Assembly: GCA_943356775.1 (NCBI GenBank)
Contig: CALRFU010000001.1
Span: 7,203-71,202 of the forward strand
DNA length: 64,000 nt
Direction: 5' to 3'
Source: Candidatus Nomurabacteria bacterium
GTDB lineage: Bacteria > Patescibacteriota > Minisyncoccia > Phycocordibacterales > UBA2100
Positions within the stretch are counted from its first letter, which is position 1; every line of letters starts with the position of its first letter. Both the position numbers and the translations under genes were made by a program. The notes under the pieces are model-generated. The model saw nothing but the letters and a program-made list of their open reading frames with translations. It had not been told where the DNA came from and searched no databases. Shown here piece by piece: positions 21,153-31,722 of the stretch.

Positions 21153-24100
21153 ATGAAGTCCTACGAACACAAATCGATAGAAAAGAAGTGGGCAAAACGC
21201 TGGGAAAAAGACGGCCTCTACAAGACTAAGGATGTGGTAAAAGGCAAAGAGAATTTCAATCTTCTCGTCGAATTCCCGTATCCCTCAGGCAATCTTCACG
21301 TCGGACACTGGTACGCTTTTGCGGTGCCCGATATCCTCGCGCGGTTCCAGCGTATGCGGGGCAAAAACGTCCTGTATCCGATAGGTTTCGATGCCTTCGG
21401 TCTTCCGGCTGAAAACGCGGCCATCAAAAACAAACTTAACCCGCGCACGTGGACGCTGAGCAACATCGAGTACATGAAGAAGCAGATTCGCTCAATGGGT
21501 ACTTCATTTGATTGGTCGCGTGAAGTCGTGACCTGCGACCCTGCGTACTACAAGTGGACACAATGGCTCTTCCTTCAATTCTTCAAGGCAGGACTCGTCT
21601 ACCGCAAAGAGACGGCGGTGAATTGGTGTCTTTCCTGTAAGACGGTACTCGCCAATGAACAAGTTGTAAACGGAACATGTGAACGCTGTGACAGCGAAGT
21701 GGAGCAGAGGCAAATGCTCCAGTGGAATATCAAGATTACCGATTACGCGGACCGTCTTGTCGACGACCTCGATGCGCTTGATTGGCCGAAGGAGATAAAA
21801 GAATCGCAGAAAAATTGGATAGGCCGCTCCGAAGGTGCGGAGATAGATTTTCCGCTCGACCTCGGTATCAAATACAAGTATGTGCTTTTGCACGGCTTCG
21901 AAGGTGCCCCCGATATGCCCCGTTTCCATTTCTGGAAAGAAGAACTCGAAAAACTCGGCCATGAAGTAATCATCCCCGCTCTACCAGACACAAAGAATCC
22001 TTCCGAGGAAGAACAAGTCGCGGCCGCGCTCGCGGCTACCGAGTACGACGAACGCACCGTGCTCTTCGGGCACAGTCTGGGAGCCGTTGTCGCGCTCAAG
22101 GTCCTGGAGCGTCTCCAGAAGCCCATCGGACGCCTTGTTGTGGCGGGCGGATTTATAGACCCTGAGTTCAAGGATAAGCGGAGGAATTTCGAAAAGCGAT
22201 TTTCCTGGAAGTTTGACGTCAAGAAAATAAAATCGAACACCCCCGTGATTCACGTGTTGCATGAGACAAAAGACTACGGGGTGAGCGACAAGCAATTGCA
22301 ACGTCTGGAGGATTTCCTCGGTGTCAAAGCAACGCACATAGAAGGCGAAGCGCCTCACTTCACGGGACAGAAAGAGCGCTCAGTACTCATGTGGCTTCGT
22401 GCGACCATCCGGGTCTTTACGACGCGTCCCGACACCCTCTATGGCGCCACGTATCTCGTACTTGCTCCGGAGCATCCTCTCCTTCGCCAAGGCTTCGAAG
22501 GGCAAGCGTGGCTGAGCACTCTTCAAAATAAAGACGAGGTTAAGAAATATATCGAGTCATCGAAGAAGAAAACGGAAATGGAGCGTCTCGCGCTGAAGAA
22601 GAAGACGGGTGTTCAGTTGAAAGCAATTACGGCGATTAACCCCGCAACGGGCAAAGCAATTCCCGTATACATTGCCGATTATGTGCTCGGACACTATGGT
22701 ACGGGCGCCGTCATGGGCGTGCCCGCGCACGACGAGCGGGACAACGAATTTGCAAAGAAGTACGAACTCCCGATTATTGAGGTGATAGAACCTGCAGTGA
22801 CGCAGAGAGCGGGGCTCGATGCCGTCCGCGAAGAAGAGCCGTTCACAGAGCGTCCCGCGATTCTCGCCGTCGTCAAACACTGGTCCGAAGATACCTACCT
22901 GTGCCTTGCGTATAAAGCCAATGACGCCCGTGGATTTATTTCGGGCGGCGTAGATGCGGGGGAAGACTTCCTGGTTGCAGCTCAGAGGGAAATCCGCGAA
23001 GAAAGCGGATACAAGAATGTCGTTTTGGTTAAAAGCCTCGGAAGCGTTATCCATAGTAAATTTTATAGCCCGACCAAGCAGAAGAATCTTTCCGCGCACT
23101 TCACACCGTTTTTGTTTGAATTAAAAGACGGGGAACAGGAGGAAGTATCCGAGAGGGAGAAAAGGATTCAAGAGATGTGTTGGATGAAGAAAGAAGAAGT
23201 TGCCAATTTTGTAAACCGCGACGACTCCAGGATTGCATGGCGACGTGCCATGGGCATGGATGTATATGACGGCGAAGGTACGTTAGTGAATTCGGGTGAC
23301 TTCAACGGACAGTCGACTGAGAGTGCGCGGGAGGCAATCACGGAGAAACTTGGTACGGTAAAGACCACCTACAAACTACGTGATTGGATAGTTTCGCGCC
23401 AACGGTACTGGGGAGTTCCGATACCAATCGTTCACTGCGCGTCCTGCGGTCCTGTCGCGGTCAAAGACAGCGAGCTTCCGGTAAAGCTCCCGGAGGTGAA
23501 AGATTATCTCCCCGAGGGCAGCGGGAAATCGCCGCTCGCCAAGGCAAAGAAGTGGGTGCAAGTGAAATGCCCGAAGTGCAAAGGAAAAGCCGAGCGCGAG
23601 ACCGACACCCTCGACACGTTCGTCGATTCTTCCTGGTACTACCTGCGCTATACGGATCCGAAGAACAAAAAGAAATTCGCCGACGCAAAGAAACTGCAGA
23701 GCTGGATGCCCGTCGATTTGTACTCGGGTGGGGCTGAGCACACGACCATGCACGTCTTGTATTCGCGTTTCTGGCACAAAGCGCTCTTTGACCTCGGTCT
23801 TACCAAAGAGCCCGAGCCGTACACGCGCCGCATGAATCGCTCTCTCATTCTCGGGCCGGACGGGCAGAAGATGAGCAAATCCAAAGGCAATGTCATCGAT
23901 CCCGATGAGGTGGTGGGGCGCCTGGGAGCGGATACGGTGCGTATGTATCTCGCGTTTATCGGTCCTTATAACGAGATCAATACATATCCGTGGAGTCCTG
24001 ACAGCGTCGTCGGCGTCCGCCGCTTCTTGGAGCGTGTCTGGCGCGCCCAGGAGTATGTAGGGGAGGCAGATAGTCCCGCGCTTGAGAATCTTCTCCATAA

Positions 24101-24560
24101 GACGATTAAGAAAGTCGGGGAAGATATCGCCACAATGAAATTCAACACTGCCATCAGCACCCTTATGATATTCCTCAATGCCTTGGAAAAAGAAACCCTT
24201 CGACAGGCTCAGGGTAAAAAGACACTCGGTAAAGCGCAGTGGGAGAACTTCTTGAGACTCCTTGCGCCGTTTGCTCCGCACATCACGGAAGAATTGTGGG
24301 CTGCGGGAGGGCAAAAAAAATCGGTGCACAAAACAGTCTGGCCCGAATACGATGCATCAAAACTTAAAGAAGAAACGATATCGATAGCCGTACAAATCAA
24401 CGGAAAGACACGCGCAGAAGCTCAGGTGTCCGGTGACGCTGACAAGAAGACACTTGAAAAAGCCGCTCGCGAGGCCGCTGCCACGCGCTTGGAAGGTAAG
24501 AAAATCCTGCGCACGATTATAGTGACCGGCAGACTCGTTAACTTTGTCGTGGAAGAATAG
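21153..24560 (+). CDS. leuS: Leucine--tRNA ligase with inserted alpha/beta-hydrolase and NUDIX domains
   Basis: PYPSG.LHVGH, TTRPDT, KMSKSKGN; 1135 aa with extra GHSLG and GG..REIREESG domains. Confidence 0.97.
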   Translation: MKSYEHKSIEKKWAKRWEKDGLYKTKDVVKGKENFNLLVEFPYPSGNLHVGHWYAFAVPDILARFQRMRGKNVLYPIGFDAFGLPAENAAIKNKLNPRTWTLSNIEYMKKQIRSMGTSFDWSREVVTCDPAYYKWTQWLFLQFFKAGLVYRKETAVNWCLSCKTVLANEQVVNGTCERCDSEVEQRQMLQWNIKITDYADRLVDDLDALDWPKEIKESQKNWIGRSEGAEIDFPLDLGIKYKYVLLHGFEGAPDMPRFHFWKEELEKLGHEVIIPALPDTKNPSEEEQVAAALAATEYDERTVLFGHSLGAVVALKVLERLQKPIGRLVVAGGFIDPEFKDKRRNFEKRFSWKFDVKKIKSNTPVIHVLHETKDYGVSDKQLQRLEDFLGVKATHIEGEAPHFTGQKERSVLMWLRATIRVFTTRPDTLYGATYLVLAPEHPLLRQGFEGQAWLSTLQNKDEVKKYIESSKKKTEMERLALKKKTGVQLKAITAINPATGKAIPVYIADYVLGHYGTGAVMGVPAHDERDNEFAKKYELPIIEVIEPAVTQRAGLDAVREEEPFTERPAILAVVKHWSEDTYLCLAYKANDARGFISGGVDAGEDFLVAAQREIREESGYKNVVLVKSLGSVIHSKFYSPTKQKNLSAHFTPFLFELKDGEQEEVSEREKRIQEMCWMKKEEVANFVNRDDSRIAWRRAMGMDVYDGEGTLVNSGDFNGQSTESAREAITEKLGTVKTTYKLRDWIVSRQRYWGVPIPIVHCASCGPVAVKDSELPVKLPEVKDYLPEGSGKSPLAKAKKWVQVKCPKCKGKAERETDTLDTFVDSSWYYLRYTDPKNKKKFADAKKLQSWMPVDLYSGGAEHTTMHVLYSRFWHKALFDLGLTKEPEPYTRRMNRSLILGPDGQKMSKSKGNVIDPDEVVGRLGADTVRMYLAFIGPYNEINTYPWSPDSVVGVRRFLERVWRAQEYVGEADSPALENLLHKTIKKVGEDIATMKFNTAISTLMIFLNALEKETLRQAQGKKTLGKAQWENFLRLLAPFAPHITEELWAAGGQKKSVHKTVWPEYDASKLKEETISIAVQINGKTRAEAQVSGDADKKTLEKAAREAAATRLEGKKILRTIIVTGRLVNFVVEE
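22479..22503. repeat. REP-like element CTCCTTCGCCAAGGCTTCGAAGGGC in frame in leuS
   Basis: 25 of 25 nt identical to 63055-63079 in ung; CCTTCG/CGAAGG arms. Confidence 0.85.
24195..24215. repeat. REP-like element ACCCTTCGACAGGCTCAGGGT in frame in leuS (TLRQAQG)
   Basis: One mismatch to the intergenic copy at 7358-7378. Confidence 0.8.
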
Positions 24561-24562
24561 CG

Positions 24563-26041
24563 TTATTGTTTGAAGACCCGCGAAGAGCCCCCGCTGTCCT
24601 CCAATGTGTATCCTGCCGCCTCAACCTGAGTGCGAAGTTCATCGGCACGTTGCCAATTTTTCGCGCTACGCGCCTTTTCGCGCTCTCTGAGGAAAGCCTG
24701 AATCTGGGCGGGGATATCATCTTCGGCGACCTCTTCTTGCAGATGCTGGGCAGCGAGTTTGCGGGCCGCTCCGTCCGGTTCCTCGAGTTGGAGTCCGAAT
24801 ACGCTGTCTACATAGAACAGTGTTGCCAAGAGGTCAGCAGGCGAGAGAGAACCGTCTTTGGTCATTTCCCATACGAAAGCAAGAGCGCCCGGAGTATCGA
24901 GGTCGTCGTTGATGCGGTGCATCATCTGGAGTCCCCAATGCCGGGAAACAGTGCCGGGGGTGACATCTGCATGAGAGAGACGGAGCGCCACGAGTTTGCC
25001 GAAAGCGGTCTGAGCAGCGTTCAAGGCTTCCCATGTGAAATTGGAATTCGTGCGGTAGTGCGCTCCGAGGAGAAGATAGCGGAGGGCGAGCGGATGAAAC
25101 CCGCGCTCAAGAATGTCGGACAGGTAGACGGCGTTGCCCCCGGACTTGGCAATCTTGGCGCCTTCCAGCTGCAGGTGCGCGCGATGGAGCCAAAAACGTG
25201 CGAGCGGTTTTTTGCCCGTCGCGGATTCCGACTGCGCTATTTCGTTGTTGTGATGTACGGGAATATGCTCGATGCCGCCTGTGTGTATATCTATCTGTGT
25301 GCCAAGAGTCGCACGTATCATCGCGGAGCACTCAATGTGCCAGCCGGGAAAACCAAGCCCCCAGGGGCTTTCCCACCCAAGTTTCTTGTCTGATTTCCAC
25401 AAGAGGAAATCCGTCGGGCCGCGTTTATCGTCGGCCGCAGCTACACGGGCGCCTTTTCGGAGACCTTCCAGATTGATATCACCCAATTTTCCGTATTCGG
25501 GAAAGCGTGAAGTATCAAAGTACACACCACCTTTTCCTTGATAGGCGTATCCCTTTTCTTCAAGCGCTTGAATCATCGCTATCTGCGCGGGAATGTAATC
25601 GCTTGCGCGGGGGAAGACTATTTTATCGACTTGCACATTGAGGGTGCGGATGTCTTCGAGGAAAAGCTCTGCATATTTCTCACCGAGCGCACGCATATTC
25701 TCGAGCGTCTGCTTGAGTCCTTCACGCTTGAGGCCTGTCGTCATCTTGTCGTCACCGTCGTCACCGTCGGAGGTCAGGTGGCCGAAGTCCGTAAAATTAA
25801 TGACCTGCTTCACCTGGAATTCGTTTACTTGGAGGGTGCGGCGCAGCACATCTGTGAAGACAAACATCGATAAGTTGCCGATGTGTTGACGGCCGTAGAC
25901 GGTAGGGCCGCAGTTGTACATGCGGACGTGGTTTGCTTGCGGCGGCAACAAAAATCGCTGCTTTTCATTTCCCAGAGTGTTGTGGAAATACAAGGGGAGG
26001 GAAGTCTGTTTCATCCGCTTGAATAAAGAGTCGAACCACAT
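24563..26041 (-). CDS. cysS: Cysteine--tRNA ligase
   Basis: CGPTVY..HIGN, GFPGWHIECSAM, KIAKS. Confidence 0.97.
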   Translation of the reverse strand: MWFDSLFKRMKQTSLPLYFHNTLGNEKQRFLLPPQANHVRMYNCGPTVYGRQHIGNLSMFVFTDVLRRTLQVNEFQVKQVINFTDFGHLTSDGDDGDDKMTTGLKREGLKQTLENMRALGEKYAELFLEDIRTLNVQVDKIVFPRASDYIPAQIAMIQALEEKGYAYQGKGGVYFDTSRFPEYGKLGDINLEGLRKGARVAAADDKRGPTDFLLWKSDKKLGWESPWGLGFPGWHIECSAMIRATLGTQIDIHTGGIEHIPVHHNNEIAQSESATGKKPLARFWLHRAHLQLEGAKIAKSGGNAVYLSDILERGFHPLALRYLLLGAHYRTNSNFTWEALNAAQTAFGKLVALRLSHADVTPGTVSRHWGLQMMHRINDDLDTPGALAFVWEMTKDGSLSPADLLATLFYVDSVFGLQLEEPDGAARKLAAQHLQEEVAEDDIPAQIQAFLREREKARSAKNWQRADELRTQVEAAGYTLEDSGGSSRVFKQ

Positions 26042-26100
26042 GTCCAGGTATTATACCTAAATCACGACGCACTACACAGCCGGATTCAGGGAGCGTATAC

Positions 26101-27813
26101 CTACCGTGAATGATTGAGATCCGGGTGTTCCTGGTGCCGAGCAGTCCGCGCCAAAAGGTGCGCGATATGTTTCTCGCGAATTGTCTGGAGCTTCGACGCG
26201 TGCTCGGTGAATTGGTGAACAAGATTTGTTGCGTACGAACCCCCGAGGAAATGCGGGAGGATGACGTAGTCCGCACCCGCTTCATAGAGCTCAAGGGCGT
26301 CGTCGATGCGGTGCGCCACGAGCATAACGACAGGGTCCTTATCGTCCCGCTTCGCTCCTGCAAGTACCATACGGTTGGTTTCGAGCTCCGGGACCGTCGA
26401 GACCACGATGCTTGCCTGCCCGAGATTGAGCTCATCGAGGAAGTCGGGGTCGCCCGCATCCCCGAATTCATGCGGCACTTTGTCGTGTACCAGCTGCGCG
26501 ATTATTTCCGGGTCGTGTTCGATAACGAGGAAGGGAAGTCCTTGCTCTTTGAAGAGCGTGATGAAATCAAATCCGATACGTCCGCCACCAATCAGGATAG
26601 CCGAGTAGGATTTCTTGCGGAGAGAGCGTTCCCTGGCGTCTGTGCGCTCAAAGATACGCAGGTACGGAGCAAGGTATTTATAAATTGTATCGGAATGCAG
26701 AATGAGATAACTCGAAATAAAGATGGTCACGAGACCGACGACCGTGACCATGGTGAGGATGTTGGGCGCGATCTGATTGAGCGAGACGCCGAGCGCCACC
26801 AAGATGAGCGAGAATTCGCTGATTTGTGCGGCCATCATGCCGGTCTGGAAGCCCGTCTTTTTGCGGTAGCCGAGTGCACCCATAACGATGAGTTGGAGGA
26901 GGGGATTGCCGACCAATACGAAGACGGAAAGGATGAGGGCGGGGATGAGGACTTCGCTGAAATTTTCGATGACCATCCGGGCACCGAGCAAGATAAAGAA
27001 GAGGACGATAAAGAAGTCGCGCAAGGGTGCGAGGCGTGCGGCTATCTCGCGCCGGCTCGGAATCGTCGAAAGCGCGACGCCGGCGATGAGCGCTCCTCCT
27101 TCCAGTGAGAAGCCGATGCCCGAAAAGAGCGCCGATATGCCCATACCCCAGGAGACCGCAAAGAGGAAAAGGAGTTCGTGCGAACGCGTAAGGTACGTGT
27201 GGAGGTGCCGCACAACGTAGTGCGAAAAGAGAAAGACGGCAAGCCCCGCGCAGATGCCGAGGGCGAGCATACGGACCAGGTCAAATCCGTTGCCTTGTGC
27301 ACCGGAGACGAAGGGTATCGCGAAAAGAAGAACGATTGCAATAAGGTCCTGTAGCAAGAGGGAGCCAATGGAGAGCTTCACATACAATTTGTCGAGGTCA
27401 CCTTTATCCGAGAGGAGCTTCATCACGATGACCGTGCTGCTGAATGCGAGCGCGACTCCCACATAGAGCGAGGCAATCCAGCCGAATCCGAGGAACATAC
27501 AGAGTGCGACACCGACGCCGCCTGTGAGGATGACCTGCCCGAATCCTGTCGCAATCGAGACCCATCCGTAATCGCGAAAGAGCTTCGGATTCAAGCTCAA
27601 ACCGACAGTGAAGAGCAGGAAGGAAATACCCAGTTGACTAAAAAGCTCGAGGGTTTCCATATCCTGAAAGAGGCCAAGGGCATAGCGGCCGACGAGGAAT
27701 CCCGTAATGATGTGCCCGACGATGAGCGGCTGCCGGAGAAGCCGCATAACGAGGGAGACGACTGTTGCGATTCCTATGAGGATTCCGATTTGCGCGAATG
27801 TGTCGAGCGTCAT
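26101..27813 (-). CDS. Cation:proton antiporter (CPA2/Kef-like) with C-terminal TrkA-N domain
   Basis: About 12 TM helices, SSTVIVMK, QISEFS, GGGRIG Rossmann motif. Confidence 0.9.
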   Translation of the reverse strand: MTLDTFAQIGILIGIATVVSLVMRLLRQPLIVGHIITGFLVGRYALGLFQDMETLELFSQLGISFLLFTVGLSLNPKLFRDYGWVSIATGFGQVILTGGVGVALCMFLGFGWIASLYVGVALAFSSTVIVMKLLSDKGDLDKLYVKLSIGSLLLQDLIAIVLLFAIPFVSGAQGNGFDLVRMLALGICAGLAVFLFSHYVVRHLHTYLTRSHELLFLFAVSWGMGISALFSGIGFSLEGGALIAGVALSTIPSRREIAARLAPLRDFFIVLFFILLGARMVIENFSEVLIPALILSVFVLVGNPLLQLIVMGALGYRKKTGFQTGMMAAQISEFSLILVALGVSLNQIAPNILTMVTVVGLVTIFISSYLILHSDTIYKYLAPYLRIFERTDARERSLRKKSYSAILIGGGRIGFDFITLFKEQGLPFLVIEHDPEIIAQLVHDKVPHEFGDAGDPDFLDELNLGQASIVVSTVPELETNRMVLAGAKRDDKDPVVMLVAHRIDDALELYEAGADYVILPHFLGGSYATNLVHQFTEHASKLQTIREKHIAHLLARTARHQEHPDLNHSR

Positions 27814-27917
27814 GCCACTACTATAACGTATTCCGCAGACCCACACTTGTGATGTCGGGAAAACAATCCACCCGCTCTGATTTTTACCTTCCCCGTTCTT
27901 ATGCGATAATCGTACGA

Positions 27918-29186
27918 ATGTACGGAAATGACGGCAGGTACGCATTTTCACTCACTGCGGTAGTGGCGGGCGGTATCCTCGTTGCGGTACTCGCCTTTGG
28001 CGGGGGACTCTTGGTCGGAGGAGAACGGGCGGGCATGGCGGCGGCTGCAGCGCTTTCGCTCTCCGCAACTCCGCCATCAGATGTGGATTTTTCCGCCGTG
28101 TGGAAAGCGTGGGCTGTCATAGACGAGAAATTCGTCCCCGTGCCGGTAGCAAGCTCTACGCCGATTGTCGCGAGCTCCACTTCAAGCTCACAGGACAACC
28201 AGAAGCGTGTCTGGGGCATGATAAGCGGACTCGCCGCATCCTTGGATGACCCGTACACATTTTTCCTGCCACCGACTGAGAACGAACAGTTTGCCTCCGA
28301 AATGAGCGGCTCCTTCGAGGGGGTGGGTATGGAAATCGCGGTACGAGAAAAAGTACTCACCGTCGTATCGCCGCTGAAGGGTACTCCGGCCGAGCGCGCG
28401 GGAATGCGGAGTGGGGACCGGGTGCTTAAAATCGACGGCGCCTCTACCGAAGGATTGGATGTAGCACAGGCGGTGAAGAAAATTCGCGGACCAAAAGGCA
28501 CTACCGTCACGTTTGAGGTTGCGCGTGAAGGTTGGAGCGAACCCCGTGAAATAAAAGTAACGCGAGAGGTCATCAACGTCCCCGTCGTCACACCGACCGC
28601 GCGCCCGGATGGGATATACGTCATTGCTGTCTCCACATTTACATCTACATCGCCGGATTTGTTCCGCAATGCGCTTCGGAAATTCGTCGAATCAGGCAAT
28701 ACGAAACTCATTCTCGATTTGCGCGGGAATCCCGGCGGATACCTAGGGGCTGCGGTAGACATGGCGAGCTGGTTCTTACCGCTCGGCAAGGTCATCGTGA
28801 CCGAGGATTATGCGGGACATGCGGCCAACGTCGTCCATCGTTCACTCGGATATAATATATTCAACAGTAACCTCAAAATGGTCATACTTGTCGACCGCGG
28901 CTCGGCATCGGCCTCTGAAATACTCGCGGACGCGCTCCACGACCATGGCATTGCGAAAATCGTGGGTACCAATACCTTCGGCAAAGGTTCTGTGCAGGAA
29001 CTCGTCGAGATAACCCCCGGCACGGCGCTCAAGATTACCGTCGCGCGATGGCTTGCTCCCAACGGCGCCCACATTCCGCAAGACGGTATAAAGCCGGACG
29101 TCGAGGTGAAGATAAGCGAAGAAGATATGAAGGCCGGCAAGGACCCTCAAATGGATAAGGCGGTGGAGATGGTGAAAGAGATGTAG
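27918..29186 (+). CDS. ctpA: Carboxyl-terminal processing protease (S41A, PDZ)
   Basis: DLRGNPGG, SASASE, TFGKGSVQ. Confidence 0.93.
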   Translation: MYGNDGRYAFSLTAVVAGGILVAVLAFGGGLLVGGERAGMAAAAALSLSATPPSDVDFSAVWKAWAVIDEKFVPVPVASSTPIVASSTSSSQDNQKRVWGMISGLAASLDDPYTFFLPPTENEQFASEMSGSFEGVGMEIAVREKVLTVVSPLKGTPAERAGMRSGDRVLKIDGASTEGLDVAQAVKKIRGPKGTTVTFEVAREGWSEPREIKVTREVINVPVVTPTARPDGIYVIAVSTFTSTSPDLFRNALRKFVESGNTKLILDLRGNPGGYLGAAVDMASWFLPLGKVIVTEDYAGHAANVVHRSLGYNIFNSNLKMVILVDRGSASASEILADALHDHGIAKIVGTNTFGKGSVQELVEITPGTALKITVARWLAPNGAHIPQDGIKPDVEVKISEEDMKAGKDPQMDKAVEMVKEM

Positions 29187-29238
29187 GTGAAGCTCTTCTC
29201 TGTTTTGCCGAAAATCCTTTTTCATATAGGATAAGGGG

Positions 29239-29685
29239 ATGAAGGTCATATTTCTCAAAGATGTCGCAAAGGTAGGGCAGCACGGGACGATGAAAGAAGT
29301 CTCCGACGGCTACGCGCTCAATTTCTTGATTCCACGCAAGCTTGCGGTGCAGGCTACTCCCGATAAAGTCGCGGCACACATGGCGACCCAAAAGAGGGAA
29401 GGGGAGGCGAAGGAACAACACAATAAGATGATTACAGAAGCGGTTCACGGCCTTAAGGGTGTGCGTATTGAAATTGCCGCAAAAGCTACGAAAAAAGGCG
29501 GACTCTTTAAATCAATTACGGGGGCGGATATTGTGCGGGCGATTCACGAACAAAGAAAGGTGAGCATCCCACTTGAAAGCGTTGCACTTCCGAAGCCGAT
29601 TAAAGAAACAGGGGAGCACGGGATACACATCGCCTTCGGCGCAGCGAAAGTGGAAATGACACTCGCGATTATCGCCAGTGCTTAA
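29239..29685 (+). CDS. rplI: 50S ribosomal protein L9
   Basis: MKVIFLKDV..G..V.DGYALNFLIP. Confidence 0.96.
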   Translation: MKVIFLKDVAKVGQHGTMKEVSDGYALNFLIPRKLAVQATPDKVAAHMATQKREGEAKEQHNKMITEAVHGLKGVRIEIAAKATKKGGLFKSITGADIVRAIHEQRKVSIPLESVALPKPIKETGEHGIHIAFGAAKVEMTLAIIASA

Positions 29686-29691
29686 ATTGAC

Positions 29692-29964
29692 TTACGTTAC
29701 GTCAACGATGCGGCGGGTTACGCTGCGTCCGTCAAAATTTGTCTTGCGCTTGGATCGGAAATGCACGGTACCTGCAGTTTGTGCGTAGAGAGTGTGGTCC
29801 ACACCGACACCGATGTTCTTGCCTGCCATGATTGCAGTGCCTCGTTGGCGGACGATAATCTCGCCGATACCGACTTTCTGACCGTCTGCGCGCTTAACGC
29901 CGAGGTACTTCGGATTTGAAGTTGAAAGGTTAGTGGCGGATCCGCCTGCTTTTGTATGTGCCAT
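29692..29964 (-). CDS. rpmA: 50S ribosomal protein L27
   Basis: MAHTKAGGS, LGVK, IIVRQRGT. Confidence 0.97.
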   Translation of the reverse strand: MAHTKAGGSATNLSTSNPKYLGVKRADGQKVGIGEIIVRQRGTAIMAGKNIGVGVDHTLYAQTAGTVHFRSKRKTNFDGRSVTRRIVDVT

Positions 29965-29991
29965 GGTGCTGCCGTTGTATGATTAACTAAC

Positions 29992-30360
29992 ATGGGGAAT
30001 ATACACGAATGGGGTCAAAAAATCAAGGTCGTGGCCGAAGACTGGGTGGCTGATTGGGGGCTTATAGCCATTGTCTTCTTGGTCGCATTGGCATCGTTTG
30101 GCCTGGGCAGACTCTCGGCCATGGAGGAGGCGCGCCCGCCGGTATCCATCGTGCAGGCTCCTACCGACACGAAAGAGCGCGCTATGGATCCGGGTGGCCT
30201 CCTGGTGGCCGCACGGACGGGAAGTGTCTACTACTATCCCTGGTGTACGGGAGCATCAAAGATTTTGACTCAAAATCAGAAGTGGTTTCAAAGCGAGGCG
30301 GCGGCGAAAAAGGCCGGGTATGCGCCCGCAAAAAACTGCAAAGGTTTGGCGCCGCGGTGA
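29992..30360 (+). CDS. Membrane-anchored protein with C-terminal Ada-like metal-binding domain
   Basis: TM helix; GSVYYYPWC..F.SE..A..AGY..AKNC. Confidence 0.65.
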   Translation: MGNIHEWGQKIKVVAEDWVADWGLIAIVFLVALASFGLGRLSAMEEARPPVSIVQAPTDTKERAMDPGGLLVAARTGSVYYYPWCTGASKILTQNQKWFQSEAAAKKAGYAPAKNCKGLAPR

Positions 30361-30379
30361 TTCAGGCTACAATAGAGCC

Positions 30380-30970
30380 ATGATTGTCCTCGATGTGGAA
30401 GCGAGCGGTGTAGAAGCGAAGATTCACTCCATAGTGAGTATCGGCGCACTCGACATCGCGAACCCTACCAATCGCTTCTATATGGAATGCAAGGTATGGG
30501 ACGGAGCGCATATCATGGATGAAGCGCTCGGCGTGAATGGCTTTACGAGAGAGCAAATCACAGACGCTTCAAAGCCCTCGGAAGCCGACCTCACCCACGC
30601 CTTCTTGGCCTGGAGCGAGAGCGTGGAGGAGCGGACATTCGCGGGACAAAACGTATCCTTCGACCGGGACTTTTTGAAAGAAGCAGCGGAGCGCGCGGGG
30701 CATACCAACTGGCCGTTTGCACACCGCACATTCGATGTGCATACGATGGCCTACATGCATATGGTGCACAAAGGTCTCCAGCCGCCCGTCAAACACCATC
30801 GCTCCGCACTCAATCTGGACGCCGTACTCAATTATTGCGGCATACCCGAAGAGCCGTCGCCGCACAACGCTCTTACGGGAGCTCTGTCACACGCAGAGGT
30901 CATCGCACGTCTACTGTATGGGCGCAAGCTGCTCCCCGAGTTCATGCAGTTCGAGATACCTTGGAAGTAG
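30380..30970 (+). CDS. DEDDh 3'-5' exonuclease
   Basis: LDVEASG, GQNVSFD, PHNAL. Confidence 0.85.
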   Translation: MIVLDVEASGVEAKIHSIVSIGALDIANPTNRFYMECKVWDGAHIMDEALGVNGFTREQITDASKPSEADLTHAFLAWSESVEERTFAGQNVSFDRDFLKEAAERAGHTNWPFAHRTFDVHTMAYMHMVHKGLQPPVKHHRSALNLDAVLNYCGIPEEPSPHNALTGALSHAEVIARLLYGRKLLPEFMQFEIPWK

Positions 30971-30991
30971 ACTGAAGTTCCACATAATCAT

Positions 30992-31486
30992 ATGCATACC
31001 CTCCGGAAAATCGGGATGTATCTTTCGCTCACTCTCATGTCCGTAGTCCACGCGGTGCGCTACTGGACCAATTTCAGCACCAACAGCATCCATGGCGTGC
31101 GCATCATCGTGGTGCAGGACCGCAAGGTAGTACTTGTCTCTCATTGGTATGCCCCATGGACGTGGACGCTTCCTGGCGGAGGGGTAAATAAAAATGAAAC
31201 CCCGGAAGATGCTGCGATACGCGAGACGCGCGAAGAAACAGGACTTATTGTGAAATCACTTGCGGGAGAAATTGGTATTTATAGGGGAACGTGGGGGAAG
31301 GGGGATATGGTAGCGGTGTATTACACGGGCGATTTCGAGGGCTCGCTCACGCTTACCCCGAATATTGAAATCATGGGACGCAGCTGGTTTGATATTGATA
31401 ATCTGCCGGAAGAAATTTCTCCGGCCAACCGCCGCCGCATCGAAGCGTATCGAGGTGGCGTGCGAGGGGAGACAGGGAAGTGGTAA
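30992..31486 (+). CDS. NUDIX hydrolase
   Basis: PGGGV..NETPEDAAIRETREETG Nudix box. Confidence 0.9.
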   Translation: MHTLRKIGMYLSLTLMSVVHAVRYWTNFSTNSIHGVRIIVVQDRKVVLVSHWYAPWTWTLPGGGVNKNETPEDAAIRETREETGLIVKSLAGEIGIYRGTWGKGDMVAVYYTGDFEGSLTLTPNIEIMGRSWFDIDNLPEEISPANRRRIEAYRGGVRGETGKW

Positions 31487-31576
31487 TTTTTCAAACTTGT
31501 GGCGTAGTGTTGTAATACTTTGTTCTTCCTATTGGCACGTCGCACAATGTTTGTTTTGCGACGTATGGCTTAGTAT

Positions 31577-31722
31577 AAAAAAGCGCCTGCCTAGACTCAG
31601 CTTCCGAGCATGAGCAAAGGCCTCGACTCCTGCCACCCCCGTGTCTCCCAGAGGCTTATAAGAGGTCGAAGTAGCCTCCTACTTAGCATTGGCTTGTAGG
31701 CACACGGAGAGGCGGTTAGGCC
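31577..31722 (-). ncRNA. Candidate structured ncRNA (multibranched, possible pseudoknot)
   Basis: Several complementary segments with G-U pairs on the minus strand, upstream TATGGT, terminal U-tract; family not recognised. Confidence 0.45.
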
